Source: Octopus vulgaris (Eukaryota). From it: a stretch of DNA of 64,000 nucleotides. The stretch is taken from positions 49,600,001 to 49,664,000 of the forward strand of contig OX597828.1 in assembly GCA_951406725.2 (NCBI GenBank). The letters run 5' to 3'. The notes below the pieces were generated by a model. It saw nothing but the letters and a program-made list of their open reading frames with translations, was not told the DNA's origin and did not search any database. Shown here in pieces: positions 1 through 13,410 of this stretch (positions are counted from its first letter, which is position 1; every line of letters starts with the position of its first letter). The position numbers and the translations under genes were made by a program.

Positions 1-632
1 AGTGGTACAACAATGCACCAATATTTACTGGAAATAGCATCGTATATTATCGACTGCTATCGACTTTATGTATGTATGTATGTATGTATGTATGTATGTA
101 TGTATGTACTTTTAGGGCTCCTGGTAACATGTAACCCAGTACAACCTCTCGCATGGTCGGGCTCTCGGCGACTAAGTCGGCAGCCTTACCAAGCCTGCTT
201 GGTTAGGAGAATGGTTCTCGTTGGACACTTCTTCAGTAGAGTCAACAACCAACCAACGGCTGAGATCAGGGGATCCTTAATCTTTGTTTGAACATCTCCC
301 AAGGAGAAGGGATTTCTGAAATAACTCCCACCTCATTGCGAGGCTTGTTTCTAGACTGTTTGGGTTTGTAGGTGAGACGTTGTGCAAACAGTTATTGATT
401 TGAAATGTCAGCACGAGCATTGCTGACAGTGTCTAAGTTAAAATAACTCATCAGTGATGGTCATATTTGTCTATGAGTTGATAGCTACAATGTACGTACG
501 TACGTATGTATTACATGTACGTCGTTATTTAGTTTTATTTCAAGATTTCTTGCCAATAGAGAAAGAACCGGTTTCTAACCTAGACCCAAGGCTCCTTCAT
601 TGGGATTTCAACATCAACAGGGTATTTTCATA

Positions 633-2548
633 AGTATGTATGTATGTATGTATGTATGTATGTATGTATGTATGTATGTATGTATGTATGTATGTATGTA
701 TTTATGTATGTATGTATGTATGTATGTATGTGTGTATGTATGTATGTATGTATGTATGTATGTATGTATGTATGTATGTATGTGTGTATGTATGTATGTA
801 TGTATGTATGTAAGTATGTATGTAAGTATGTATGTATGTATGTATGTATGTATGTATGTATGTATGTATGTATGTATGTATGTATGTATGTATGTATGTA
901 TGTATGTATGTATGTATGTATGTATGTATGTATGTATGTATGTATGTATGTATGTATGTATGTATGTATGTGTGTGTGTATGTATGTATGTATGTATGTA
1001 TGCATGCATGTATGTATGTATGTATGTATATGTGTATGTATGTATGTATGTATGTATGTATGTGTGTATGTATGTATGTATGTATGTATGTATGTGTGTA
1101 TGTATGTATGTATGTATGTATGTGTGTATGTATGTATGTATGTATGTATGTATGTATGTGTGTGTGTATGTATGTATGTATGTATGTATGTATGTATGTA
1201 TGTATGTATATATGTATGTATGTATGTATGTATCTATTTATGTATGTATGTATGTATCTATTTATGTATGTATGCATGCATGTATGTATGTATGTATGTA
1301 TGTATGTATGTATGTATGTATGTGTGTGTGTATGTATGTATGTATGTATGTATGTATGTATGTATGTATATGTGTATGTATGTATGTGTGTGTGTGTATG
1401 TATGTATGTATGTATGTGTGTATGTATGTATGTATGTATGTGTGTATGTATGTATGTATGTATGTATGTATGTGTGTATGTATGTATGTATGTATGTATG
1501 TATGTATGTATGTATGTATGTATGTATGTATGTATGTATTTATGTATGTATTTATGTATGTATGTATGTATGTATGTATGTATGTATGTGTGTGTATGTA
1601 TGTATGTATGTATGTATGTATGTATGTATGTATGTATGTATGTATGTATGTATGTATGTGTGTATGTATGTATGTGTGTATGTATGTATGTATGTATGTA
1701 TGTGTGTATGTATGTATGTATGTATGTATGTATGTATGTAGTGTGTGTGTGTATGTATGTATGTATGTATGTGTGTATGTATGTATGTATGTATGTATGT
1801 ATGTATGTATGTATGTATTTATGTATGTATGTATGTATGTATGTATGTATTTATGTATGTATGTATGTATGTATTTATGTATGTATGTATGTATGTATTT
1901 TGTATGTATGTATGTATGTATGTATGTATGTGTGTATGTATGTATGTATGTATGTATGTATGTATGTATGTATGTATGTGTGTGTGTATGTATGTATGTA
2001 TGTATGTATGTATGTATGTATGTATGTATGTATTTATGTATGTATGTATGTATGTATGTATGTATGTATGTATGTATGTATGTATTTATGTATGTATGTA
2101 TGTATGTATGTATGTATTTATGTATGTATGTATGTATGTATGTATATATGTATGTATGTATTTATGTATGTATGTATGTATGTATGTATGTATGTATGTA
2201 TGTATGTATGTATGTATGTATGTATGTATGTATGCATGCATGCATGCATGCATGTATGTATGTATGTATGTATGTATGTATGTATGTATGTATGTATGTA
2301 TGTATGTATGTATTTATGTATGTATGTATGTATTTATGTATGTATGTATGTATGTATGTATTTATGTATGTATGTATGTATTTATGTATGTATGTATGTA
2401 TGTATGTATTTATGTATGTATGTATGTATGTATGTATGTATGTATGTATGTATGTATGTATGCATGTATGCTTGCATGCATGCATGTATGTATGTATGTA
2501 TGTATGTATGTATGTATGTATGTATGTATGTATGTATGTATGTATGTA
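633..2548. repeat. (TATG)n tetranucleotide microsatellite, ~1.9 kb, with TGTG/CATG/TTTA variants
   Basis: Directly visible. It accounts for all the MYVC/HTYI ORFs here. Confidence 0.99.
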
Positions 2549-2833
2549 TACAGCGCAGCAACTTGACCATAGAAGCCTAAAAGCCTAGGAGCCATTTTGA
2601 ATTTCCTTCCAGTCTCTCCGCATCTGATGGGTTGGACGTGTCTTATATGCTCCCAAAATTTTAAGTAATGGTGAGCTAAAACAGTTGTAACTCCAATAAA
2701 ATGTGTTGAATCCTACATCCTTTCGTTTGTTCATTCACTCGTGTGTGTGTGTGCGCGCGCGCGCGATTCCTTTATCTTTGTAAAAGGTAGTATTTAAGGA
2801 AAAATAATTAGCTTACCTATTCAACAAATAATA

Positions 2834-3034
2834 CAGTTCTAAATTTAAGAGATGAGGAATTATGTACATTATTTACATTATTTACATTCGATGGATATTT
2901 GTCCTCATCTTGTTTGCTGTTAACACAACGGTTCGGCTGATATACCCTCCAGCCTTTTTCAAGTGTCATGGGGAAATTTCGAACCTGGGTTCTCATTCCT
3001 AAGGTATTTTTCAATGTTGTTGTTGTTGTTGTTA

Positions 3035-3081
<47 letters not shown>

Positions 3082-3330
3082 TAGGTCACAGCATGGAATC
3101 GAACTTGGAATCTTGGCGTTAGTAGCCCGCGCTCTTAACCACTACGCCACGGGCATATGGCGTAGTGGTTAAGAGTGCGGGCTACTAATTCCTTAGGAAT
3201 GAGAACCCAGGTTCGAAATTTTCCCAAGACACCTGATGAAGGCTGAAGGGTATATCAGCCGAAACGTTGTGTTAACAGCAAACAAAATGAGGACAAATAT
3301 CCGTCAAATGTAAATAATGTAAATAATGTA
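2834..3330. mobile_element. Head-to-head inverted pair of a tRNA-headed, hammerhead-containing repeat
   Basis: 2834-3149 is the reverse complement of the element starting at 3151 (gggcatatggcgtagtggttaagag...). The same element is at 9526-9757 and, again as an inverted pair, at 56004-56641. Confidence 0.85.
3228..3273 (+). ncRNA. Minimal type I hammerhead ribozyme motif
   Basis: Stem I gacac/gtgtt; core CUGAUGA (3233-3239) plus one extra A; stem II ggctga/tcagcc; GAAA; palindromic AACGUU in place of stem III; predicted cleavage after 3268. Confidence 0.75.
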
Positions 3331-3644
3331 GCTATTCAACAGAGTTTGATAAAACACGGTGTAAGTTGAAATAATTCCTAAGTCGAGCAACGACCCTTTA
3401 AAGCGGTGTCCAAGTCGATAAAAGCTTAGGAAAAAGTTATTTCAAATAGATTCCCATTTTCCCAATCAGCATTTAAATATTAATGAACATGATTATCGCC
3501 CTTACAAACAATATATTTTACGAGTTATTCCCCCTGATAAAGTTTTAAGCGCCAACAAAATTAGAATTGTTATCGTTGCTGTTGCACCCCACCTTCTCCT
3601 ATTACTACTGTAGTTAAAATTTGATTAAAATATTTTCTACGTGT

Positions 3645-4140
3645 TCTAGTCTATTGACTGCGGCCTTGCTGGGGCACTGCCTTGAAGATTTGTTAGTCGA
3701 ATGAGCCAGACCGCTCGGTTCAAAGTCTCTCTTGACCAGAAATGGCCTGAACTCTTTGCATGAACACCCTCCCTGTACATAACTCCATGTCCCCCTACAT
3801 GGCCTTGCTTTTTGCTTTTTGAGCCAAAAAATTAACTTAACTTATTTTTGTGTTAAGCCTGGTATTCATTCTATCGTTCTATTTTGACGAACCGCTATGT
3901 TACAAGGACGTAAACACACCAACAAGCAGTGTTGTCAAGCAGTGGTGATGGACTAGCACAGACATGAAACACATACATGACAGGCTTCTTTCAGTTTCCG
4001 TCTTCCAAATCCACTCACAAGATTTTGTTGGCCCGAGGCTATAACAGAAAACACTTGCTCAGGGTGCCACGTTGTGAGACTGAACTCAGAACCATGGGGT
4101 TAAGAAGCAAGCTTCTTACCACGCAGCCACGCCTGCGCCT
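3645..4140 (-). mobile_element. tRNA-derived SINE, family A (diverged, with an internal insertion at ~3700-3830)
   Basis: Matches the family-A consensus at 39788-40194. The tRNA-like head is on the - strand. Confidence 0.8.
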
Positions 4141-4504
4141 ATTGATGAATTTTCGAAAATTGACACCATAGCTGAGTGCCGCACTAATTACCTCTCAGTT
4201 TATAATCAAATATCATCGCGTGATCAAATCCTGCTAATACAATTTTTTAGTTTCATTCTTTCAGGAACGATAAAAATAAATGCGAATTAGCAGCGAAATA
4301 AATGAATCGATATAAAGAACGATCTAAGAGAGCTGATCCCACGGGACAGTGAGATTGATCAACATGACTAATACTTCTTTTGAACTGTTGAGAGTTAAAC
4401 GGGCATAAGAGAAAAATGTCCAGATGGTGTTGCGTATCATATACATACATACATACATACATACATACATACATACATACATACATACATACATACATAC
4501 ATAC

Positions 4505-4900
4505 TTTTTCTACTCTAGGCACAAGGCCCGAAATTTTGGGGGAGAGGGCAAGTCGATTAGATCTATCCCAGTACGCAACGGGTACTAAATTTATCGACCT
4601 CGAAAGGATGAAAGGCAAAGTCGACCAAGGCGGAATTTTAACTCAAAACGTAAAGACAGACGAAATACCTATTTCTTTACGACCCACAAGGGGCTAAACA
4701 CAGAGGAGACAAACAATGACAAACAGACGGATTAAGTCGATTACATCAACCCCAGTGCGTAACTGGTACTTAATTTATCGACCCCAAAAGGATGAAAGGC
4801 AAAGTCGATCTCAGCGGAATTTGAACTCAGAACGTAACGGCAGACGAAATACGGCTACGCATTTCGCTCGGCGTGCTAACGTTTCTGCCAGCTCGCCGTC
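4505..4900 (-). mobile_element. Two adjacent SINE family C copies
   Basis: Shared motif atcgaccccgaaaggatgaaaggcaaagtcgacc and head ...ctgccagctcgcc; repeated at 30760, 35750, 45338 and 59232. Confidence 0.8.
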
Positions 4901-5842
4901 TTATACATACATACATACATACATACATACATACATACATACACACACACATACACGTACATACACACACATACATGCACATGTACATGTACATATATAT
5001 GTACACACACCCATACGCTCACACACAAATGTGTACATATGAGCGTATGCATGTATGTATACGAATATTGGTTTCAAATTTTGGTACAAGGCCAACAATT
5101 TTAGGAGAGGGGTAAGTCGACTACTTCGACTCCAGTGTTCCACTGCTACTAATTTTATCGACCCCGAAAGTATATATATCAAGTAGATACTGCAAATTTA
5201 GGGTGAATACTTGATTAGTGTAAGCACCTGTATACGCCAGATGGTGGCAGAGGTGAGAGAGAATATATCAAATAAAACCAAAAACAGAACACATCATAAT
5301 TCTTATAAAAGGGTATAACATAATTATTAAATAGGTATTTAATTATCTTATCTGTTATTTTTATTCCTTAGTTATCTAGTGTAGTCATCAATAACTGTAT
5401 ATATCATTATTAATTATAATAATTTTAAAATTATTATATAATAAGGTAAATTACTATATAATTAATAAATAGATATTTGTCCTTTCTGTAATTTTCATTT
5501 TCTAATTATTCAATGAGATCATCAGTGGTTGTATATGTTGTTGAATATAATAATTCTTCAGCTGTTACAAAACAAAGTTAATTCATACACAAGGGTTTAT
5601 TATATTAAATGGATGAATAGGTAATTGATTATTGTGACGTAAAGTATATAAGTTTCTCGTAAACATTACGTCTGTAGTTTTAATTCTTTAGTTATATATT
5701 AAGCATAACGAAAATGTTTTTTTTTAAATGTTCAGTTAGAACATTGACCATTTTGAATCAATTAGATAATATTGTGTTGACAAAATTTTTCGTACTTTTC
5801 ATTATTAATTTTAATGTTTTACACGCACACACTAGCAGATAT

Positions 5843-6225
5843 GGGAAGCACTCCGTCGGATACGACGACGAGGGTTCCGGTTGATCCGAATCAACGGAAC
5901 AGCCTGCTCGTGAAATTAACGTGTAAGTGGCTGAGCACTCCACAGACACGTGTACCCTTAACGTAGTTCTCGGGGATATTCAGCGTGACACAGAGAGTGA
6001 CAAGGCCGGCCCTTTGAAATACAGGTAGAACAGAAACAGGAAGTAAGAGTGAGAGAAAGTTGTGGTGAAAGAGTACAGCAGGGATCACCACCATCCCCTG
6101 CCGGAGCCTCGTGGGGCTTTAGATGTATTCGCTCAATAAACACTCACAACGCCCGGTCTGGGAATCGAAACCGCGATCCTATGACCGCGAGTCCGCTGCC
6201 CTAACCACTGGGCCATTGCGCCTCC
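5843..6225 (-). mobile_element. Full-length tRNA-derived SINE, family B, with target-site duplication
   Basis: - strand head ggaggcgcaatggcccagtggttagggcagcgg...gtttcgattccc (A and B boxes). Flanked by the direct repeat acactagcagatat (5829-5842 and 6226-6239). Confidence 0.9.
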
Positions 6226-6995
6226 ACACTAGCAGATATACCCAGCGTTGCTTTACTTGTTTCAGTCATGTAACTGCGGCCCTGCTGAAGCACCGCCTTT
6301 AGTCGAAGAAATCGATCCCAGGATTTATTCGTTGTAAACCTAGTACTTATTCTATCGACTTTGAATTTCATCCTTTTGGGGTCGATAAATTAAGTACCAG
6401 TTAAGTACTGGAATCGATGTAGTCAACTTACCCTTTCCCCGAAATTGCTGGCCTTGTGCCAAAATTTGAAATTAGCTTCATTATATGCGCGAGTGTGCGT
6501 GTGTAGGTTTGGCGAATAATACAGGTATCATCCGTCATACTTACACAACCCCAACCGCACACCAGTACCACCACCCCAGCACTAGAAATGACAGCCTTAA
6601 AGTGATTAATCCACTTCCTAAGTGTGTCTACTACTTAACCTAATATTTAGCTTCTTTTGTCTCTCTGTCGCCATATTAGTGGAGCTCTTCAAGTCAGGAG
6701 ATACAGTTCAGTCGATAATATAACTAAGACATACATAACTTGCTTCTATTTAATCGGCAAAATTCAGTGAAAATAGATCCGGACTCGGACAATATCGATT
6801 ACTTATTCATTAATATCGAAGTTTTATTGTTGTATGTTCCAAGGAAATTTAATGATTTGTCGATAATTAAGTGTAAAAGACAGAAAAAAGAAATAACAAA
6901 ATGAAGAAGTTTAACAAAACAAAACATGGGAATATATTACGTTGATGTTTCATTTATAATACTTATTGCGCAGCTGGTCTACATAAGTGGTTTAG

Positions 6996-6997
<2 letters not shown>

Positions 6998-7037
<40 letters not shown>

Positions 7038-8188
7038 TACGTACATACATACATACATACATACATACATACATACATACATACACACATACATACATAC
7101 ATACATACATACATACATACATACATACATACATACGTACGTACGTACGTACATACATACATACATACATACATACATACATACATACATACATACATAC
7201 GTACGTACGTACGTACATACATACATACATACATACATACATACATACATACATACATACATACATACATACATACGTACGTACATACATACATACATAC
7301 ATACACACATACATACATACATACATACATACATACATACATACATACATACATACATACATACACACATACATACATACATACATACATACATACATAC
7401 ATACATACATACATACATACATACATACATACATACATACATACACACATACATACATACATACATACATACATACATACATACATACATACATACATAC
7501 ATACATACATACATACATACATACATGCATGCATGCATACATACATACATACATACATACATACATACATACATACATACATACATGCATGCATGCATGC
7601 ATACATACATACATACATACATACATACATACATACATACATACATACATACATGCATGCATGCATACATACATACATACATACATACATACATACATAC
7701 ATACATACATACGTACGTACATACATACATACATACATACATACATACATACATACATACATACATACATACATACGTACATACATACATACATACATAC
7801 ATACGTACATAAATACATACATACATACATACATACATACATACATACATACATACATACATACATACATACATACATACATACATACATACACACATAC
7901 ATACATACATACATACATACATACATACATACATACATACATACATACATACATACATACATCATACACACATACATACATACACACATACATACATACA
8001 TACACACATACATACATACATACATACATACATACATACATACATACATACATACATACATACATACATACATACATAAATACATACATACATACATACA
8101 TACATAAATACATACATACATACATACATACATACATACATAAATACATACATACATACATACATACATACATAAATACATACATACA

Positions 8189-8219
<31 letters not shown>

Positions 8220-8694
8220 GTACATACATACATACATACATACATACATAAATACATACATACATACATACATACATACATACATACATACATACATACA
8301 TACACACATACATACATACACACATACATACATACACACATACATACATACATACACACATACATACATACATACATACATACATACATACATACATACA
8401 TACATACATACATACATACATAAATACATACATACATACATACATACATACATAACATACATACATACATACATACATACATACATACATACATACATAA
8501 ATACATACATACATACATACATACATACATACATACATACATACATACATACATACATACCAGGCGTGGTCCCATGAATTTTTCGAAGGGAGGGCATAAA
8601 GTCAGAAGGGAATACACTTCCAGGAGAAAAGGGCATCATAGCATTATTTAAAAGGGCGCACGTCTTTTCTTGAGTGGAGACAGGTCCCTGTGTG

Positions 8695-8772
<78 letters not shown>

Positions 8773-9019
8773 TAGATACATACATACATACATACATACA
8801 TACATGCATACATACATACATACATACACACACACATACATACATACATACATGCATACATATATATATATATACATACATACATGCATACATACATACA
8901 TACATACATACATACATACATACATACATACAAATACATACACACATACATACATACATACATACATACATACATACATACATACATACATACATACATA
9001 CATACATACATACATACAT
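6998..9019. repeat. (CA)n/(TACA)n microsatellite, ~2 kb, with a ~135-bp unique insert (8561-8694) and (GATA)n/(TA)n tracts
   Basis: Directly visible. Confidence 0.99.
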
Positions 9020-9525
9020 CTCACCAATATTAATTCAGTGCTCTCGGTTTTGTGAGTAAACGCTTCAGTGACAATCTGAATAAGTTATGGTTCTCAGATA
9101 AAGAAACCAGTCGAGTAACTCACACATTACAAATGCAATATGTAAGCAGAACAGTAAAACTATGCAAAACTCGTCTCAAAGTTTAGAATGTGACATTGTT
9201 TTGTTAACTACATTCCAACGATGCAGCTTTCTACTTTTGTTAGAAGCCAGCCCCTTCTTCAGGTGGAGAATTCAAATAAAAACAGAAGAGAACGTACATC
9301 CATCCATCCATACATACATACATACAAAAATACCCTGTTGATGTTGTTGAAATTCCAATGAAGGAGCTTTGGATCTAGGTTAAAAACCGGTTCTTTCTCT
9401 ATTGAGAAGAAATCTTGAAAATAATCTGAATAATGACAAGCGGTCTATCATGGACCGTTAGCCGGATTACTACCTTCCACTTTGACGGGTATGCATTTGC
9501 AATCCAGGAACAAGGAAACTAAATA

Positions 9526-9757
9526 CGAGCATATGGCGTGGTGGTTAAGAGCGCGGGCTACTAACCCCAAGATTCCGAGTTCGATTCCAGGCAGTGACCT
9601 GAATAACAACAACAACAACATCGAAAAATACCTTAGGAATGAGAACCCAGGTTCGAAATTTCACCAAGACACCTGATGAAGGCTGGAGGGTGTATCAGCC
9701 AAAACATTGTGTTAACAACAAAGACGAGGACAAATATCCGTCAATTGTAAATAATGT
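9526..9757 (+). mobile_element. Single copy of the tRNA-headed hammerhead element (ribozyme core mutated, GAAA to AAAA)
   Basis: A box tggcgtggtgg, B box gagttcgattcc, (aac)n spacer, then gacac-CTGATGA-a-ggctg...cagcc-aaaacattgtgtt at 9668-9713. Confidence 0.8.
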
Positions 9758-10180
9758 GCACAAAAAACATAGAGATGTAGAAAAAGCAGTAAAATGTGAT
9801 AAACCGATGCAGACTTTGTGGAGTTAACACCGAAGATATCACCTACATCATAACCAGTTGTCCGAAAATGTTATCACGGTATTATCTACCGATGAGACAT
9901 GATGTTGTAGCTAGGACACTCTATAATGAAATCCGTCGAAAGGATAAACACGAGGACAAAGAAATAAGAACCCACAGTATGGTAGAAGCCATAGTCACTC
10001 ATAATAAAAAGGAATACTGGTGGAATGTCCCAGTGTCTCCAGTAAAATGTAAGCACAACAGACCTGATATAATGAGTTGGGATAGAGAAGAGAAACTGTG
10101 TACAATTGTGGAAATTTACTGCCCAGCGGATGTTAGCATAAAGCTGAAGATCAGTGAAAAAGAGAACACTTATGTTGAAC
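9758..10180 (+). mobile_element. Fragment of a REL-endonuclease non-LTR retrotransposon (R4/Dong/NeSL-like)
   Basis: Translation shows the CRLC...SC zinc-knuckle remnant, the RHD motif and the NRPDI...VEIYCP restriction-like endonuclease motif. Truncated by a SINE at ~10180. Confidence 0.85.
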
Positions 10181-10447
10181 TATTTTGCCGAACCGCCAAG
10201 TTACGGGGACGTAAACACACCAGCATCGGTTGTCAAGCGATGTTGGGGGGGACAAACACAGACACACAAACATATACACACACATACATATACATATATA
10301 CGACGGGCTTCTTTCAGTTTCCGTCTACCAAATCCACTCACAAGGCTTTGGTCGGGCCGAGTCTATAGTAGAAAACACTTGTTCAAGGTGCCACACAGTG
10401 GGACTGAACCCGGAACCATGTGGTTGGTAAGCAAGCTACTTACCACA
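10180..10447 (-). mobile_element. SINE family A, partial
   Basis: Matches the family-A consensus. Confidence 0.85.
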
Positions 10448-10851
10448 CGCACACACGCATATCGTCAGTGTATCGTATATCCGAAAAAAAAGTACTCTCT
10501 AAGGAGCTGTTATTATATGCAGTTAAATTATATGTCCGTTGACCATACAGTGACCTTTTCGGATCTAATCGATGAATGGGAAATTCCTTGCTGGTACGGG
10601 CAAAAAGATCCTTACAAGCTAAAAGCAACCTAAGGGCGGAGTTTCCCGGTGTCCCATTTTGAGCCATACAGAGTGGACCTTGATTGTTTATTCTCCGTTT
10701 ACTTACGAACTGAGGGTAACGGATTTCTACTTCCGAGGTTTGAAAGCTCTAAATGACCTTCGGCTGCTGAACCTGACGACTCGTCCATGGAGCTAAGCCC
10801 TTTATGGATGCGAAACCATTGGTCACTCTATGACCGGACATTTACTTAACT

Positions 10852-10884
<33 letters not shown>

Positions 10885-11016
10885 TGTATTTAAATAAAAA
10901 GGGGCAGGCAACAGGTTGTTTAGCCACATACCGAAAAATTAGAACTAGCAGTAAAAGACTTTATTTCTATTTTCTACAAATAAGACTCTACATATAAGAT
11001 ATTCATGTAATTCACA

Positions 11017-11052
<36 letters not shown>

Positions 11053-11074
11053 ATGTTGAATCGCTAGCTTCTGC

Positions 11075-11257
11075 ACGCATTTTTTTCTCTCCTTGTTTCT
11101 CTCCGTGTTTCTTTTCTGTGTATCTTTCTGTCGAAGAGCGTAGGCTCGAAACGTAAAAGACTTGTTTTATTTCTATTCCTGAGCACCATACTAATTCAAT
11201 TGTTTGTTTGTACTCCACCTGCCTTCGTTTTTGTTTATTTTCGTAAACCTTCCCGTT
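11075..11257 (+). repeat. Penelope-type terminal-repeat-like family with a degenerate hammerhead motif (11123-11160)
   Basis: tcttt-CTGTCGA-a-gagc/gctc-GAAA-CG-TA-aaaga. Related copies at 21295, 34563 and 49572, each followed by (TA)n. Confidence 0.6.
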
Positions 11258-11268
11258 ATATATATATA

Positions 11269-11318
<50 letters not shown>

Positions 11319-11469
11319 CTGAGATGCAGCACGGATTTTTGTCAGTGAAGAGGTCGCGGTCTCAAAGCGACGAAAATATTTTGGTAAATTGAATTTAAAT
11401 GTTGAAGTGAATCTAACGGCTTTTGTGTGTTTCTTGAATGGCTTACAAACACCTTCCACGCTGCAATTG

Positions 11470-11533
<64 letters not shown>

Positions 11534-12252
11534 CTTCTTTCAGCTTTCAGTTTCCATCTACCGAACCCACTTACAGGACTTTGGTCGACCAAGGTCTATG
11601 GTAGTACACACTTGCCCGAGTTGCTACGCAGTGGAACTGAACCCAAAACCACATACGAGTTGGGAAACAAACTTCTTAACCATACGGCTACGCCAGCGTC
11701 CACTTTTTTCTTTCTGTATTGGTTTTTTCTTTTTCATTTTCTTTTTTTTTTCTTGGTTTCTTTGGAGTCTTCCCTCTCATCAATTCCGTCTACAACATTC
11801 GTCACATTTCTATCCCGTATTTCTTTTGACTTAAGAAGACAGCAGTTTGAAGGAGATTCGACTGTTCTTTTTAGTAGTCCATCTACATGGTCCTTCGTTT
11901 ACTCATCCCATTCATCATTCTTCTGTTCACAGAAGTTCAAATTCCACTGCACCGGTCTTAAATGTCTTGCAGTGGAGGAGAGGCACTCAAAGGTCACCAG
12001 AGTTGAGACCAGGATTCGATAAATCGACAAACCAACGTCATTTCTTTTCGATAGAGTGGTGTGTGTGTGTGTGGGGGGGGGGGTTGCGTGTGCGTGCGTG
12101 TATGTGTACCTGTGTGCGTGTGAGTGTGTGTGTGCGTGTGCGTGTGTGCCAGTTCTATATGCTTATGCATATAGCAATGAATGCTTTGAACAATCCTAGT
12201 CTATTAATGAACTATAAACTATGAGAGAATGAGCTCAGAAACACGCCGCCAC

Positions 12253-12300
<48 letters not shown>

Positions 12301-12427
12301 TGTATACACACACACACATACATATGTATTTAAAACATATATATTCAGATATGGAGATATGTATACGTGTAAGTATGAATATGTATGTATGTATGTACGT
12401 ATATATGTATGTACGTATGTATTTATG

Positions 12428-12558
<131 letters not shown>

Positions 12559-12691
12559 TCACCTACAGATATGACTATTTATCTATAGGTGTGTGTGTTT
12601 GTATGTGTATAAACATATATACCCATATATACATATATGTGTGTGTGCGTGTATGCACGTGTGTGTACATATATGTATGTATGTATGTATG

Positions 12692-12741
<50 letters not shown>

Positions 12742-13410
12742 GAATAAGAAAGAGAGAGAGAAAAAGAGGGGGAAAGGGAAATAAATACATACACTATGTA
12801 CACACATTCAAATACACACACACACACACTCACACACACACGCACACATACACACACACACGCATTCACGCGGACATTTGCATTTGCCCTAAATATAAAG
12901 AGAAAAAAACGCAGGTGGTTTAAGACTGCTGGGGTATTTAGCTAACCGTGGTCAACGGTCTGTATTGCATTTACATGTTTAAACGATTATATTCTCAACA
13001 AATTATATGACTGTCATTTTGGCACAGCTGTTCTGCTCTTTCAACTTTAGCAGAAAGCTAATCTGATGAATGTCGTTAAAATAATAATATCACCATTGTT
13101 TATTATGCAAATTTTAACGACCCAATATTATTATACCAAGTTAATTATGAATAGTTTTAATTACATTATAATATCTTCTTAGTATACGTGTCTATGGACG
13201 TATGTATTTATGTGTCTATATGTTACAGTCCTTTTTTTTTTTATTCAGTTTACTAGTTTATATTCAGAATTAGACTTTGTACACGAAGTGTATTCAGTTG
13301 AAAACAGTTCAGATTTCACGTTAAAACAATGACACGATCCTTGAAACGATGAACAAGCAGTTAAAAGAGCAAGAATCATTTGTTGCAAGTTTATAACAGA
13401 TTTTGTTATA

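Noticed and set aside
110-220. Possible HDV-like ribozyme (acc-tctcgcat-ggt flanked by gggctc repeats)
   Set aside because: P3- and P1-like pairings are possible, but I could not find P2 or a proper P1.1.
6150-6225. tRNA-like sequences with A and B boxes (also 9526, 41620, 51950, 57470)
   Set aside because: They are SINE heads continuous with SINE bodies, and no complete cloverleaf acceptor stem forms.
600-9055. Long ORFs of MYVC/HTYI repeats (also 26897-27817, 43766-44737, and the YI/CV/HT ORFs)
   Set aside because: They are translations of stop-free (TATG)n, (TA)n and (CA)n microsatellites, not genes.
9345-9400. Hammerhead-like CCAAUGA...AAACCGGUU in a repeat also present at 521-630 (-)
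   Set aside because: The core is non-canonical in both copies and stem I is unconvincing.
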